A stretch of 64,000 nucleotides of DNA from a virus. The stretch's first letter is position 1. Each line of letters opens with the position of its first letter. Below the pieces are notes generated by a model. It was not told where the DNA came from. It saw nothing but the letters and a program-made list of their open reading frames with translations, and made no database searches. The position numbers were made by a program, and so were the translations under genes. The stretch spans positions 19,146 through 83,145 of IMG/VR virus record IMGVR_UViG_3300024352_000023; one strand, 5' to 3'. Below are positions 8,308-18,284 of this stretch, piece by piece.

Positions 8308-9576
8308 TTAGACAGCAGCGAGTGCTGCACCTTGAGACTTCCCTTTCTTTTTAGCTTTCTTACCCTTCGGCTCCAGCGTCACTTCCGGCTTCGGTGGGTT
8401 GAGCACCTCCTGGAACACCCCATCAAATTGTGCGGCAACCGTATCCCAGTTGAACTGCTCGTCCGTTGCGCGGATGTAGCACAGCTCAGCGACGGCATCC
8501 AGCTTGTCCCGATCTTCGTAAAGTTCGTTGAGAATCTCTGCAAGGTGTTCGGCGGAGGGGCAGGGCATCTCACGGGCAAAGTTGGTATCCACATCAACGT
8601 GGTCACAACGGATCAACTTGCCGTAGCCCTCGAAGATCTCCTTGCAAGAGGTGTGATCAGGCACAACCTGTGCCACACGGCAGGCTGCGTGCTCAAAGTT
8701 GACCAGTCCCCAGCCTTCACCTTTACAGGTATTGACGCCCACATCGACTGCTTGGTAAATGGTCTCCAGCATCTCGACGGGTACGGACGGCGGACCAGCA
8801 GTGGGGGAGGTCATGATGATGCGACCGTTGGGATCGAGGCCACGTTTCTGCATCTCACGTGCGAAGACCTGCATCACATCCCAGCCTTGGTCCTTGGTAC
8901 CCATATGCAGGTACAGCTGGGTATCAGGTTTGTCCTTGGCAAATTCAGCAAAGGCGTCGATGGTGATGTCGATCCGTTTGCGGAACTGGTTGCGGTTGCC
9001 ATTGAAAACGATGAAGGTATCTTCTTTCAGGCCCAGCTTCTTACGTGCTTCGATCTTGTCACCAGGCTTGAATTGACCAGCCGTCACACCGTGGGGGATG
9101 ACGTGGATGGCCTTCTGGATGCCACCTTTAATGAATTCGTGGGCACCAAATTCCGTATAGGAGACCACTGCGTCCCAGTGATTGGCGGTATCACCAAGAG
9201 AACCGATCCAACCGTAAGAGTCCATGGGCATGTAACCCACGAACTTGAAGCCCATGCTCTTGTGGAGATCAGCGATCTGTGCGTACTGAGCGTTGATGAT
9301 CCAGCAGTCATTGATTGTGAAGACCACATCCGGCCGTTCACGTTCAACGATCTCACGGATGCGTTCTTCACCGAAGGGCGCCTGCCGGAACCGATTAGAC
9401 GCCGGGTACATTTTGAATTGTTCCTGCATGGGATCGGGATCCCCATACCAGTTACAACCCAAGACCACGATTTCGTATTGATCCTTGAGTCGTTCGATGA
9501 CGTTATGGGTAACGCGGGCAAAACCCGTCATGGCAACAACGTCACCGACCCACAAAAGCTTCGGTTTTTTACTCAT
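8308..9576 (-). CDS. Glycosyltransferase, GT-B fold (GT4-like)
   Basis: TGFARV, IPHGV, NRNQFRKRID, GEGWGLVNFEHAAC (ExFGL..E motif). Start taken at MSKKPK. Confidence 0.9.
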   Translation of the reverse strand: MSKKPKLLWVGDVVAMTGFARVTHNVIERLKDQYEIVVLGCNWYGDPDPMQEQFKMYPASNRFRQAPFGEERIREIVERERPDVVFTINDCWIINAQYAQIADLHKSMGFKFVGYMPMDSYGWIGSLGDTANHWDAVVSYTEFGAHEFIKGGIQKAIHVIPHGVTAGQFKPGDKIEARKKLGLKEDTFIVFNGNRNQFRKRIDITIDAFAEFAKDKPDTQLYLHMGTKDQGWDVMQVFAREMQKRGLDPNGRIIMTSPTAGPPSVPVEMLETIYQAVDVGVNTCKGEGWGLVNFEHAACRVAQVVPDHTSCKEIFEGYGKLIRCDHVDVDTNFAREMPCPSAEHLAEILNELYEDRDKLDAVAELCYIRATDEQFNWDTVAAQFDGVFQEVLNPPKPEVTLEPKGKKAKKKGKSQGAALAAV

Positions 9577-9599
9577 TAAATCGAGATATTCTCGATTAA

Positions 9600-9959
9600 C
9601 TATACACAAACTGACGGAGTAATAGAACGTGTTAATTCCCGCTCTTCAGATGTTTTGGCTTTGAGCTTATGTTTTAAAAACTCAGCTGCCTTATGGGTAT
9701 TTGTTGTGTCCCCGCAGGTATAGAGGTCGACGGCGGCGTATCCAATCTCCGGCCAGGTATGGATGGAGGCATGGGATTCGGCCAGCAGTGCCAGAAGCGT
9801 CACCCCTTGGGGCTGAAACTTCTCCCCAAAGATCCGAAGAATCGTTGCGTTTGACATACGCAGTGCAGTCTCCAACATTTCGGAGAGGTAGTCGTAGTCA
9901 TCCAGGACTTCTGCACTGCAGTCATACAGATCCAGGATCAGGTGCCGCCCATTAGACAT
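9600..9959 (-). CDS. speD: S-adenosylmethionine decarboxylase proenzyme
   Basis: GRHLILDLY, FQPQGVT..LLAESHASIHTWPE, DLYTCG. Confidence 0.95.
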   Translation of the reverse strand: MSNGRHLILDLYDCSAEVLDDYDYLSEMLETALRMSNATILRIFGEKFQPQGVTLLALLAESHASIHTWPEIGYAAVDLYTCGDTTNTHKAAEFLKHKLKAKTSEERELTRSITPSVCV

Positions 9960-12600
9960 CTTGAATTTCTAGTTCATCCTCCATTTTCGCATTAGGGTCC
10001 ACATCCAGTGACATCCCATAAAACTCTTTGTACTTTTCCTTATCGGACGCCACCTCTACGACGGACGGCCAACCTTCGTACTTCTCACTGGACTCACGTA
10101 CTACCAGGTTGACGATCCGCATGCCCTTGGTATTACGCAGGGGGTAGGCATTGATCTTCAGCTGGTGCTTACAGATGTCGAGGAGTAGAGGTTCAAAGCG
10201 GTTACGCGACATGATGCCGACGTTGCACTGACGGCAGAACTCCGCATAGCTTGCGTACAGCCAGGTGTCCTTATTGGCGTAGATATTGGAGGCACCCATC
10301 GGTGCGTTCTTCGTGAAGCCAATGGCTGAGGTCACACCTGGGTCAAATACCACCTTGTGATCCAGCCAGTCGAGCAGTGGGTTGGAACGCAGAGTTTGAG
10401 TACGCTCGTACTTCTGGAAGAACTTCACCTTCTTGGAAGTCTCCATCAGGTATTCACGCATCTCATCTTCCGACATATCCAGCAGCCAGTTCACCAGACC
10501 AGGCAGCAGCGGAGAGAAGACACCTTGCGGTTCACCCTTGGAATTGAACTTGATCAGTTCCTTCTGTTCATTCGGTGCGCCGGTGAACGGACGGTCGAAC
10601 GGAATGGTGAGACGACGACGGGCAAGACCAGAGGTGTAGTCGGTGGACTGAATCGCTTCGTTGGCGGTGATCATCACCATCCCGTGGTATTGGAATGGGT
10701 CCAGTGCTTCGCCTTGATACTTGCGCTCACTACGAATCCAGTCGTTACCGGTGATGGCTTTCAGACGGGATACGGAACCACCCCAACGGTCAGCATCCTG
10801 GAACAGCAGAAGCTTTTTACCCATGTAGGCCGCTGCTTCAAAGCGGTTCTTCTCCAGGTTTTCAAAGTCTGTAGAGTAGGTGTTGCTCTTACCGACCAGT
10901 GCTACTGCCAGGTTTGCGTAGGTGGATTTACCGGATTTACCAGGACCGACAATCTCCACAAACTTCTGGATCTCATAGCGCCCGAGTAGTGTTGCCCGCA
11001 GCCATGCACGCAATACCTGAGTGCGTTCCCAGCTGTCGTGTTGCGTGTGCTTGAGCCACTTCACAATGTCTTCACAGGTTGCCGCAGGGTTGTAGGCGTA
11101 CGGCATTTGCTGCAGCATGTGCAGTTCCCGGTTGAAGGGAAGCAGCTCCCTGCTTTCAATATTCAGCACACCATTGGTGAATAGCAGAAGTTCAGTGCCG
11201 TCATACCAATCCTCAAAGGCAAGTACTGATTGCAGCTGTGTGTAGACATCGTTCATCAAGTTGCTTGTGAAGCCACTTGGCAGGAAGTCACCCAGCATTT
11301 GCAACCGGTGACGGATGTCACCTAATGCTTCGACCTTGGTGAGGGGAGACCAAAGACCTTGCGATTCTTTGGCATACATAAAGAATTGACCATGCGGCTG
11401 ACTGAACAGCAGGTTCCCCCTATACTCCTGCAACAAGACATCCGTGATCTCACCAGATGAAGGGTTACGCGTACGTTGGTCTTTTCCTTCTTTCTTGTTT
11501 CGCCGGGACTCCCGTTGCAGCGAAGGAGTTTGCAGAGGAGCGGACGCTACAACTTCTTCAGCAACTTCAAGGGGCATGGCAAGATCCTGCTCTAATTCAG
11601 CCAGTAATTTCGAAACGTGTTCAAGTGTCTCATCATCAACATTCATCGCACGGGAGTTGTCAGGAGGAGGATTCCAGCCATTCTCTTTAGCGATATGAAT
11701 CAGGGAGCCAAGGCCCCGGCCACCACCTTTTGAAAAGGAACGCCAACGCCTGTGGCACTCACCCTCGCGATACTTTTCGGAGTGCTTGGACCACTCATCC
11801 CATACGTCAAGGAGAGATTCATCGAGTTGATGGAGGGTCTGACCAACGGTGATCCAGATGTCGTAATCATCTGCGGCACCTGGGTTCTTTTCCAGTAATC
11901 CCCAGGTTGCTTCCGTTGCCAGCTGGATGTCCCGCTCCAGCGACACTTCCGAGTTGATCGCAAAACCAGGACCAATGACCCTGGTGCGCTCTTTAGCAGG
12001 AGTACCTTGTCTGACGTTTTTATTGATGATGGCGTTCAGTAGCCAGTCCGGAAATTCCGGCAGCTCTTCTGCCCACTCAAAACCTTGGTTTTCTGCAGTG
12101 AAGTAGCCATCGGTTTCAGGGTGCAGCCCCATCAGCACACCCTGATGCTTCTTCCAGAGGATCTCTAGTTTTTCTTTGTCTTCTTCTGCGTGCCAAGTGT
12201 ACTTGTTACGGGCAAAGTGCTTGTGCTTTTCCCTGCTTAATTTGTAGAGCTTCCGTTCACGGCCAATCTTGCCGCTGAGGATGGTCAGGGTATCGGGCAG
12301 TGCTTCTTTGAGGGGAAGATCAGAAATTTCCTCAATCAGTTTGTAGACACTTGGGCCATCAACATCGACCCATACCAATCCATAGGGATGGTTGTAGACA
12401 GGGCCACCGAGCAGACCGATGGCACGGCACTCGCCACTGACAATTTCTTCTTCAATATCACGGACGCTGAACGGTTTATTTTGCCAGCCTTGAACGTAAG
12501 GATCTTTCTTGGCACCTAATGGCGTGAGCGGCCAATCAATAGGGATATAGCTCAGGTTGATTTCGCCTGGCTTCAGTGCTTGCTCGTTCTGATTTGTCAT
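9952..12600 (-). CDS. Primase-polymerase/PriCT-2/D5-like SF3 helicase
   Basis: N-terminal WVDVDG prim-pol, DYDIWITVGQTLH..WDEWS (PriCT-2), GPGKSGKST Walker A, LKAITGND, ARRRLTIPF. Confidence 0.9.
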   Translation of the reverse strand: MTNQNEQALKPGEINLSYIPIDWPLTPLGAKKDPYVQGWQNKPFSVRDIEEEIVSGECRAIGLLGGPVYNHPYGLVWVDVDGPSVYKLIEEISDLPLKEALPDTLTILSGKIGRERKLYKLSREKHKHFARNKYTWHAEEDKEKLEILWKKHQGVLMGLHPETDGYFTAENQGFEWAEELPEFPDWLLNAIINKNVRQGTPAKERTRVIGPGFAINSEVSLERDIQLATEATWGLLEKNPGAADDYDIWITVGQTLHQLDESLLDVWDEWSKHSEKYREGECHRRWRSFSKGGGRGLGSLIHIAKENGWNPPPDNSRAMNVDDETLEHVSKLLAELEQDLAMPLEVAEEVVASAPLQTPSLQRESRRNKKEGKDQRTRNPSSGEITDVLLQEYRGNLLFSQPHGQFFMYAKESQGLWSPLTKVEALGDIRHRLQMLGDFLPSGFTSNLMNDVYTQLQSVLAFEDWYDGTELLLFTNGVLNIESRELLPFNRELHMLQQMPYAYNPAATCEDIVKWLKHTQHDSWERTQVLRAWLRATLLGRYEIQKFVEIVGPGKSGKSTYANLAVALVGKSNTYSTDFENLEKNRFEAAAYMGKKLLLFQDADRWGGSVSRLKAITGNDWIRSERKYQGEALDPFQYHGMVMITANEAIQSTDYTSGLARRRLTIPFDRPFTGAPNEQKELIKFNSKGEPQGVFSPLLPGLVNWLLDMSEDEMREYLMETSKKVKFFQKYERTQTLRSNPLLDWLDHKVVFDPGVTSAIGFTKNAPMGASNIYANKDTWLYASYAEFCRQCNVGIMSRNRFEPLLLDICKHQLKINAYPLRNTKGMRIVNLVVRESSEKYEGWPSVVEVASDKEKYKEFYGMSLDVDPNAKMEDELEIQDV

Positions 12601-12782
12601 GCCTTACTTTTTTCCTCAACCTCTACTTTAAAGATTCGTTCCGGGAAGGAGCTATCTTTTACCAGCTGAAATGCATGCAGATGCATAAGAGTGGGCAGAT
12701 AAAAACAGTCCCCATCCGTCGCACTCATCATGCGACTCATGAGACTATTTATCCACTCACCCGAATGAACGTTGATGTCCAT
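12597..12782 (-). CDS. Hypothetical protein
   Basis: ATGA overlap with the primase start. Confidence 0.6.
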   Translation of the reverse strand: MDINVHSGEWINSLMSRMMSATDGDCFYLPTLMHLHAFQLVKDSSFPERIFKVEVEEKSKA

Positions 12783-12857
12783 GGGTGGGGGCTGGATTTG
12801 GGTGTTTTCTTATCCTACGGCCGCCAATCCGAGAGGACCATTACGCCTTTCGATAGA

Positions 12858-13010
12858 TCAGTGAGTCTTATGCGACTCATTTAATGCGGGAATGGGATCA
12901 ATTTCCTGGAACTTCCGCATCAATCTTTCGTACACCTGCAGGGCATCTTCCTTTGTAACAACAGCTGTCTCACATGCGACTTGCCATGCGTGACGTTCAC
13001 GGCTCTCCAT
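12858..13010 (-). CDS. Hypothetical protein
   Basis: Manually read 50 aa MESRERHAWQVACETAV...; overlaps the upstream stop. Confidence 0.5.
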   Translation of the reverse strand: MESRERHAWQVACETAVVTKEDALQVYERLMRKFQEIDPIPALNESHKTH

Positions 13011-13281
13011 CTTTCCGTTCGGGTTCCAGGCCATCAGTGTACCAAGGGGCAGTCAACCGCATTTCACCGCCGAGCTTTTGAGACTCACCAGTTTGCAGCT
13101 TTGGATCAACTGGATATTCTCTGTAGATCGGTTTGTTTTGTTCTTCCCGTTCTAACTCAGATTGAATCCGGTTTTCAAATTCAATCATATCAAGCCTGGC
13201 CTTCAGCTTTGCTTCAAACCAAACTTTCTTCCACCACTTGATTACGGCATCAATAATGTCTGCGAATAGGGTCCGAATCAT
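12997..13281 (-). CDS. Hypothetical protein
   Basis: 94 aa ORF in operon-like packing. Confidence 0.6.
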   Translation of the reverse strand: MIRTLFADIIDAVIKWWKKVWFEAKLKARLDMIEFENRIQSELEREEQNKPIYREYPVDPKLQTGESQKLGGEMRLTAPWYTDGLEPERKDGEP

Positions 13282-13314
13282 TTTGTTATAATGAATTTAC
13301 ATATAACTATAGAC

Positions 13315-13458
13315 ATGCAGGATTATTCCCTCGACCGTTTCAGCCAGCTGCTTGGCAACCTCAAGGCTCAAAAAGAAAACGAAAAGCAAGAGGGCGACGA
13401 GCGTGCAATTCGTTTCAACGAAGCAGCCGCCGATAGCGATGACGGCATGATGGAATAA
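13315..13458 (+). CDS. Small hypothetical protein
   Basis: Manually read 47 aa MQDYSLDRFSQLLGNLK... Confidence 0.45.
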   Translation: MQDYSLDRFSQLLGNLKAQKENEKQEGDERAIRFNEAAADSDDGMME

Positions 13459-13497
13459 TACAGGTTTTGATATAATCAACTGATAGATTTTAGAGCA

Positions 13498-13812
13498 ATG
13501 CGAGACACACGTACTGGCGCCGCCCGTAAAGGAACTCCTAAGGGTGCCGCTGTTGATCGAACTGGTAAAGGAGGGATGCCTACCCCCAAAGGTGGTAGTA
13601 GCTCTGAACCAAAGCCTGCACCTAAAGGCCAACCGATTGCCCCCCGTGGCACTAGCACAAAAACCCCAGCTGTAAAAGCAAAAGTAGAGCGAGCAAAAGC
13701 AGAACTTCGCGAAAAAGAAAAGCGTCAAAAGGAAGCAGAAGCTCGTCGTGCGAAGAATAAGAGTGAAGCACCAAAACTTGCTGGCCGCTACCGAAATTTA
13801 GCCGGCGGTTAA
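13498..13812 (+). CDS. Lys/Arg-rich basic protein carrying LAGRY
   Basis: Low-complexity basic ORF; TATAAT at 13471. Confidence 0.65.
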   Translation: MRDTRTGAARKGTPKGAAVDRTGKGGMPTPKGGSSSEPKPAPKGQPIAPRGTSTKTPAVKAKVERAKAELREKEKRQKEAEARRAKNKSEAPKLAGRYRNLAGG

Positions 13813-14663
13813 ATTAGATCTGGATCGTACACATTGCAGTTTTCAATCTGCTTGTAGTATTCATCTACGATCTTGAGCCAATCCTCCCGGAGCATGTTGA
13901 GAAAGTTTCGGGAGATCTTGAAGACCTGGGTACGAGCTGGTGTTGAGACCAGGATTGCTGCCTGCTGCACCTTCATGCCCAGGGTCTGTTCAATTGCAAT
14001 GTCGTAGGCCGCAAGTTGCTTGCAGGTCTTCTTGAATTTCATGTGACCACCGAGCAGATCCCTCCACTCCTGGGACCCCTTCTCCAGATCTTTCGGCCAC
14101 TTACGGCTGTAGGGTTTAACGCTGGTCTTTAAGTCCGCGAGCGTCAGCTTGTTATTAGCCACAGCGATAATGTCAGGAGCACCAGCCCAAGCCCTGCCTT
14201 CGTCATCGCAACCCCAGACACGAGCGACATCATCAGCACCAATAGTGAAATCAAACTTATCGAGTACAGGAGACTCAGCCCAAAGGACTTCCTGGAACTG
14301 ATCCAGAATTGATGGCATACCTGCCCAAAAGTCTGCGTATTCCTCCTTGATTTCCGGGCTTTTATTCCCTTTGAGGTACTGCTCCATACCATAGTGAATG
14401 GCAGTGCCCCGCTCGGCTGCTTGTTCTTTAACACCTGGATTTGCTTTCGACCACATTTCGAGCTTCCGTTTGTTTGCTTCGGAAGCTGTTTCGCTGATAA
14501 TCGTAGTTACGGACGGCGCAGGTCCAGTGGGTAACGGAGTTGTATAGTGACGTTTTCCGTTAAGCGTAATTCTGGCTGCGGTCCTATTAAGGTCCCGCAT
14601 CATCTCTGGTTGCTTATCCTTGGACTCAATCCAAGGATCACCTTGATTTATGTTAGCAACCAT
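13809..14663 (-). CDS. PD-(D/E)xK exonuclease
   Basis: PSVTTII, RGTAIH, WAGAPD, DLKTS, QLAAY. Confidence 0.85.
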   Translation of the reverse strand: MVANINQGDPWIESKDKQPEMMRDLNRTAARITLNGKRHYTTPLPTGPAPSVTTIISETASEANKRKLEMWSKANPGVKEQAAERGTAIHYGMEQYLKGNKSPEIKEEYADFWAGMPSILDQFQEVLWAESPVLDKFDFTIGADDVARVWGCDDEGRAWAGAPDIIAVANNKLTLADLKTSVKPYSRKWPKDLEKGSQEWRDLLGGHMKFKKTCKQLAAYDIAIEQTLGMKVQQAAILVSTPARTQVFKISRNFLNMLREDWLKIVDEYYKQIENCNVYDPDLI

Positions 14664-14715
14664 TGATGGTTTTGTATATTGCTGTTAGCTTAACGCATAA
14701 GTCAAGGCTTAGAAG

Positions 14716-14820
14716 ATGGACGATTTTAACTATGCAATTGCCGCGATCCTTGGGGCAATGCTTGTTGTCGTTAGCATGGATGCCTTCATTTTCTTCACTG
14801 AGGTTGCTGCCCGGCGATGA
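14716..14820 (+). CDS. Small membrane protein
   Basis: 34 aa with a hydrophobic core; ATGA overlap with hli. Confidence 0.45.
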   Translation: MDDFNYAIAAILGAMLVVVSMDAFIFFTEVAARR

Positions 14821-15068
14821 ATAAGTTTTGGTATGGAGTGAAGGGGTACGTCTCCTGTTTTGGCTGGATCTTTGGTGCGGTTCTCCAATACATCTGGGAG
14901 GAATGTCCCGACCTTAAGTTCTGGGAATGGCACGAGAATTTAGGTGATCATATCTGGTATGCAGAACGGGTGAATGGCCGTGTGGCAATGCTTGCTCTGT
15001 CTATTGTGCTGATCTTAGAATTAGTCTCACACGAATCTATTTGGGACTTAGTTTTATGCGCAACTTAA
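14817..15068 (+). CDS. hli: High-light-inducible protein (Hlip) with N-terminal extension
   Basis: AERVNGRVAML chlorophyll-binding motif followed by a TM helix. Confidence 0.85.
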   Translation: MNKFWYGVKGYVSCFGWIFGAVLQYIWEECPDLKFWEWHENLGDHIWYAERVNGRVAMLALSIVLILELVSHESIWDLVLCAT

Positions 15069-15214
15069 CTCGTTTCTATTACGACTTCGACGAGGACTGC
15101 CGCACTGGTTGCTTCAACAACCTTGCCTACGAAGACATCGAAACGATAGATGCGGACGAATTTGAAGCTAAGCTGCGGGAACAAGACGTTCCGTACACAC
15201 GCATCGACTTATGA
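15056..15214 (+). CDS. Small acidic hypothetical protein
   Basis: Manually read 52 aa; ATGA overlap with the next gene. Confidence 0.55.
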   Translation: MRNLTRFYYDFDEDCRTGCFNNLAYEDIETIDADEFEAKLREQDVPYTRIDL

Positions 15215-16059
15215 AGGACTCCAAGATTGTGGCTGTGCTTTCGCTCTGGCGCGATAGTGAAGGCTACATCGATAGGTCCCTCAAGCAATTCGAAGCAATG
15301 GAAGAGGTCCTGCGTAAGGAGAACACCCGTTGCGTCTACAGCTTTTTTGAGAACGATTCCACTGATGAAACGCCTTATATCCTGATGGATTGGCTGCGTA
15401 ATCGTAAAGGAATCCTGTTGGCTGAGAATATTGATGCACCTAAGTGGGGCAGCGTCTCCTCTATTGAACGCGTCCAGTATCAAGCTCGGTACCGGAACAT
15501 GGCCTTGGCACCACTCGACACTTACTACAACTTTGATTACCTACTGGTTGCCGACAGTGACGTGCACTGGGAACCGGAGCTGATCACAGGAATGATCAAA
15601 GCCCTGGATGACAACCCCACATGGGGTATGGTCTCACCCAACACCACACAAAACGTACGTGATTACGTTGAGGATACCGACCGCCCCTCTTATTTTGACA
15701 GCTGGTCCCTCAAGGATCGAGACGACAAACAGTGTTTGACGTTTGCCGCCAACCCCTTCTTACATACAGAAGATCGCATGCGCTGGGACCAGTGCGAACC
15801 GGTGAGTTGCAATAGTGCTTTTGGTTCCATTGCCATGGTGAAAGCTGAAGCAATGGATTCAGAAGATGGCGTTGAGTGGGCAGTGGTTGATGGTGTGGAG
15901 CACTGGGAATTTTGCGCTGGCATCCGCAGCAATGGCTATGAAGTAATTGCAGATCCCAGGTTGCATGCCGAGGTTATCCACAAAAAAGAGGTGGTTCCCC
16001 ACCCCGATATTGTAAAGTTTCACCAAGGCCGCCTTCAAGAGGCGTTGCTGATGTCGTAG
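15211..16059 (+). CDS. Glycosyltransferase, GT-A fold
   Basis: ENDSTD.T, ARYRNMAL, ADSD (DxD), FDSW, SAFGSIAM, VEH. Confidence 0.8.
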   Translation: MKDSKIVAVLSLWRDSEGYIDRSLKQFEAMEEVLRKENTRCVYSFFENDSTDETPYILMDWLRNRKGILLAENIDAPKWGSVSSIERVQYQARYRNMALAPLDTYYNFDYLLVADSDVHWEPELITGMIKALDDNPTWGMVSPNTTQNVRDYVEDTDRPSYFDSWSLKDRDDKQCLTFAANPFLHTEDRMRWDQCEPVSCNSAFGSIAMVKAEAMDSEDGVEWAVVDGVEHWEFCAGIRSNGYEVIADPRLHAEVIHKKEVVPHPDIVKFHQGRLQEALLMS

Positions 16060-17060
16060 GCAACCATTTCTTCCACCAGTTTCTCAAGGGTGGAATTGAG
16101 TTTCCACCCCAGCTTCTTCTGTGCATAACTGGAGTCGCCCAAGAGGGAATCAACTTCTGCGGGACGGTAATACTCAGGGTTGATACGGATCACAACCTGA
16201 TCGAGCTTGGGGCAGTAACCGACTTCATCCAGTCCTTCTCCTTCCCACCTGATGGGTAGACCGGCCTGCTCAAATGCCATCTCACAGAAGGTACGCACGC
16301 TGGTCTGTTGACCTGTTGCGATTACGTAGTCGTCCGGCTCATTTTGCTGGAGCATGAGATACATCGCTTCCACGTAGTCACGAGCATGACCCCAGTCTCG
16401 TTTTGCGTCCAGGTTACCAAGCTCCACAAATTCCTGGCGCCCTTTCCAGATCTGACCGACAGCTTTGGTGATTTTACGGGTGACGAACTCCTCTCCACGC
16501 AGCGGTGATTCATGGTTGAAGAGGATGCCGTTGCAACCGAAGAGGTCGTAGCTCTCCCGGTAGTTGATCGTCAGCCAGTACCCAAAGAGTTTGGCGACAC
16601 CATACGGGCTACGTGGGTAGAAGGGCGTCGACTCCACCTGGGGCACCTGCTGCACTTTCCCGAACATCTCGGAAGTTGCGGCCTGATAAAACTTTGGTTT
16701 GGCATTGGCATTACGGCAAGCCTCCAAAATATTCAGCACCCCAATTGCGTTCGTATACGAGGTGCTACCTGGCGACTTAAAACTGACACCAACGTGGCTT
16801 TGGGCAGCGAGATTGTACACCTCATCTGGTGCGAAGGCATCAACGGCCCTATGCACTGAGGTGGCATCCGTCATATCGGAGTATTCAAATTTGACGGTAG
16901 GGGGGATGTGGCCATGAAAGATCCACTTGAGTTTGTCTTTATTCCCTGGATTGGCATTGTTTCGAACGAGGCCCAGCACTTCGTATCCTTTTGACACGAG
17001 ACTATGGGTGAGATAGGCACCATCTTGTCCCGTAATTCCCGTGATCAGTGCTTTTTTCAT
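16035..17060 (-). CDS. gmd: GDP-mannose 4,6-dehydratase
   Basis: ALITGITGQDGAYL, NLAAQSHVGVSF, PRSPYGVAK, GILFNHESPLRGEEFVTRKIT, RDWGHARDYV. Confidence 0.97.
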   Translation of the reverse strand: MKKALITGITGQDGAYLTHSLVSKGYEVLGLVRNNANPGNKDKLKWIFHGHIPPTVKFEYSDMTDATSVHRAVDAFAPDEVYNLAAQSHVGVSFKSPGSTSYTNAIGVLNILEACRNANAKPKFYQAATSEMFGKVQQVPQVESTPFYPRSPYGVAKLFGYWLTINYRESYDLFGCNGILFNHESPLRGEEFVTRKITKAVGQIWKGRQEFVELGNLDAKRDWGHARDYVEAMYLMLQQNEPDDYVIATGQQTSVRTFCEMAFEQAGLPIRWEGEGLDEVGYCPKLDQVVIRINPEYYRPAEVDSLLGDSSYAQKKLGWKLNSTLEKLVEEMVAYDISNAS

Positions 17061-17111
17061 CGAAACTTTTGTCTATACTCATAACTATAACCAAGATGTA
17101 AAGCGGTAGAA

Positions 17112-18284
17112 ATGGCTCAATTTGATTGGCCCCTCCAGAAAAACACCATTGGGGTGCAGGAGAAATTTGAGCTGACCAAATTCATCTTGACCAGTGACCG
17201 TTTTACCAACGGTCCCAAGTGTCGTGAGTTTGAAAACGAGTGGTCCTCCTGGCAGAAACGCCAGTTCTCTTTGTTTGTCAGCAGCGGTACCACTGCTAAT
17301 ACGTTGCTGCTGGACGCCGTACGTGAGTTGTATTTTGGCAAGCATGCCAAGTTAAAGATCTTCTGCCCTGCCGTGAACTGGGCTACGAACATCTCGACGT
17401 TCAAGCAGCAGGGCCACGAGATGTTCTTCTATGACATTGACTACGAAGCCTATTCGCCGTGCTTTGAATCTTTAAAGAGATTTAAGGAATTGGACATTGA
17501 GCCTGATGTGATCTATGTGACGCACATCATGGGGTTTGCCAATGACCTGCGGCAGATCAAAGAGTACTGGCCCGACGCAATCTTGCTGGAGGATTGCTGC
17601 GAATCCCATGGTGCCCTGGATCTTGACGACGAAAAAGTCGGCAATGCAGGCCTGGGCTCAACTTTCTCGTTTTACTTTGGGCATCACATGACCACCATTG
17701 AAGGCGGCATGGTCTGCACCGATAACGAGGAGCTGTACAACCTGATGCGTGCCAAGCGTTCTCACGGTATGTCTCGTGAGATGTACGGCTCGTACCGTCT
17801 GGCAGAAGAAGCCGCTGCCCCTGATATTGACCCGGCCTTCCTGTTCCCCACCGAAGGATATAACTTCCGCAATAACGAGTTGGGCGCAGTGATTGGCCTG
17901 GTGCAACTAAAGAAACTCGATAAGTTTGTCAGCAAACGCCAACAAAACTACTTTCAGTTCTACATGCACATGATGGATCACCCCTGGATCAAGCACTTAC
18001 CCAACCCGTTTGGTAACAGTGCCATGACCTTCCCGTTCCATTGTGTATCATCTGAGACACGCAATTACCTGATCAAGCATCTGCGAGCGATTGGCGTGGA
18101 GACACGTCCCTTCCTGGTCGGCAACCTACTCCGTCAGCCTTTCATGAGGGATTACAAGAAAAGTCCGTATTTGCCCAACAGCGAGGAGATTCACGACCAC
18201 GCCTTCTATATTGGCAATAACCATTTCATTACAGAGCGCCAGATCAAAGCCCTGGCCAAGGAGTTGCACTCATGCGCTGCCTGA
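17112..18284 (+). CDS. colD: PLP-dependent DegT-family enzyme, ColD-like GDP-4-keto-6-deoxymannose 3-dehydratase
   Basis: VSSGTTAN, EDCCESHGA, FSFYFGHHMTTIEGG (His where aminotransferases have Lys), GYNFR; divergent from gmd. Confidence 0.7.
   Translation: MAQFDWPLQKNTIGVQEKFELTKFILTSDRFTNGPKCREFENEWSSWQKRQFSLFVSSGTTANTLLLDAVRELYFGKHAKLKIFCPAVNWATNISTFKQQGHEMFFYDIDYEAYSPCFESLKRFKELDIEPDVIYVTHIMGFANDLRQIKEYWPDAILLEDCCESHGALDLDDEKVGNAGLGSTFSFYFGHHMTTIEGGMVCTDNEELYNLMRAKRSHGMSREMYGSYRLAEEAAAPDIDPAFLFPTEGYNFRNNELGAVIGLVQLKKLDKFVSKRQQNYFQFYMHMMDHPWIKHLPNPFGNSAMTFPFHCVSSETRNYLIKHLRAIGVETRPFLVGNLLRQPFMRDYKKSPYLPNSEEIHDHAFYIGNNHFITERQIKALAKELHSCAA

Noticed and set aside
8332-9579. 415-aa plus-strand ORF
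   Set aside because: Antisense shadow of the glycosyltransferase; no motifs or RBS
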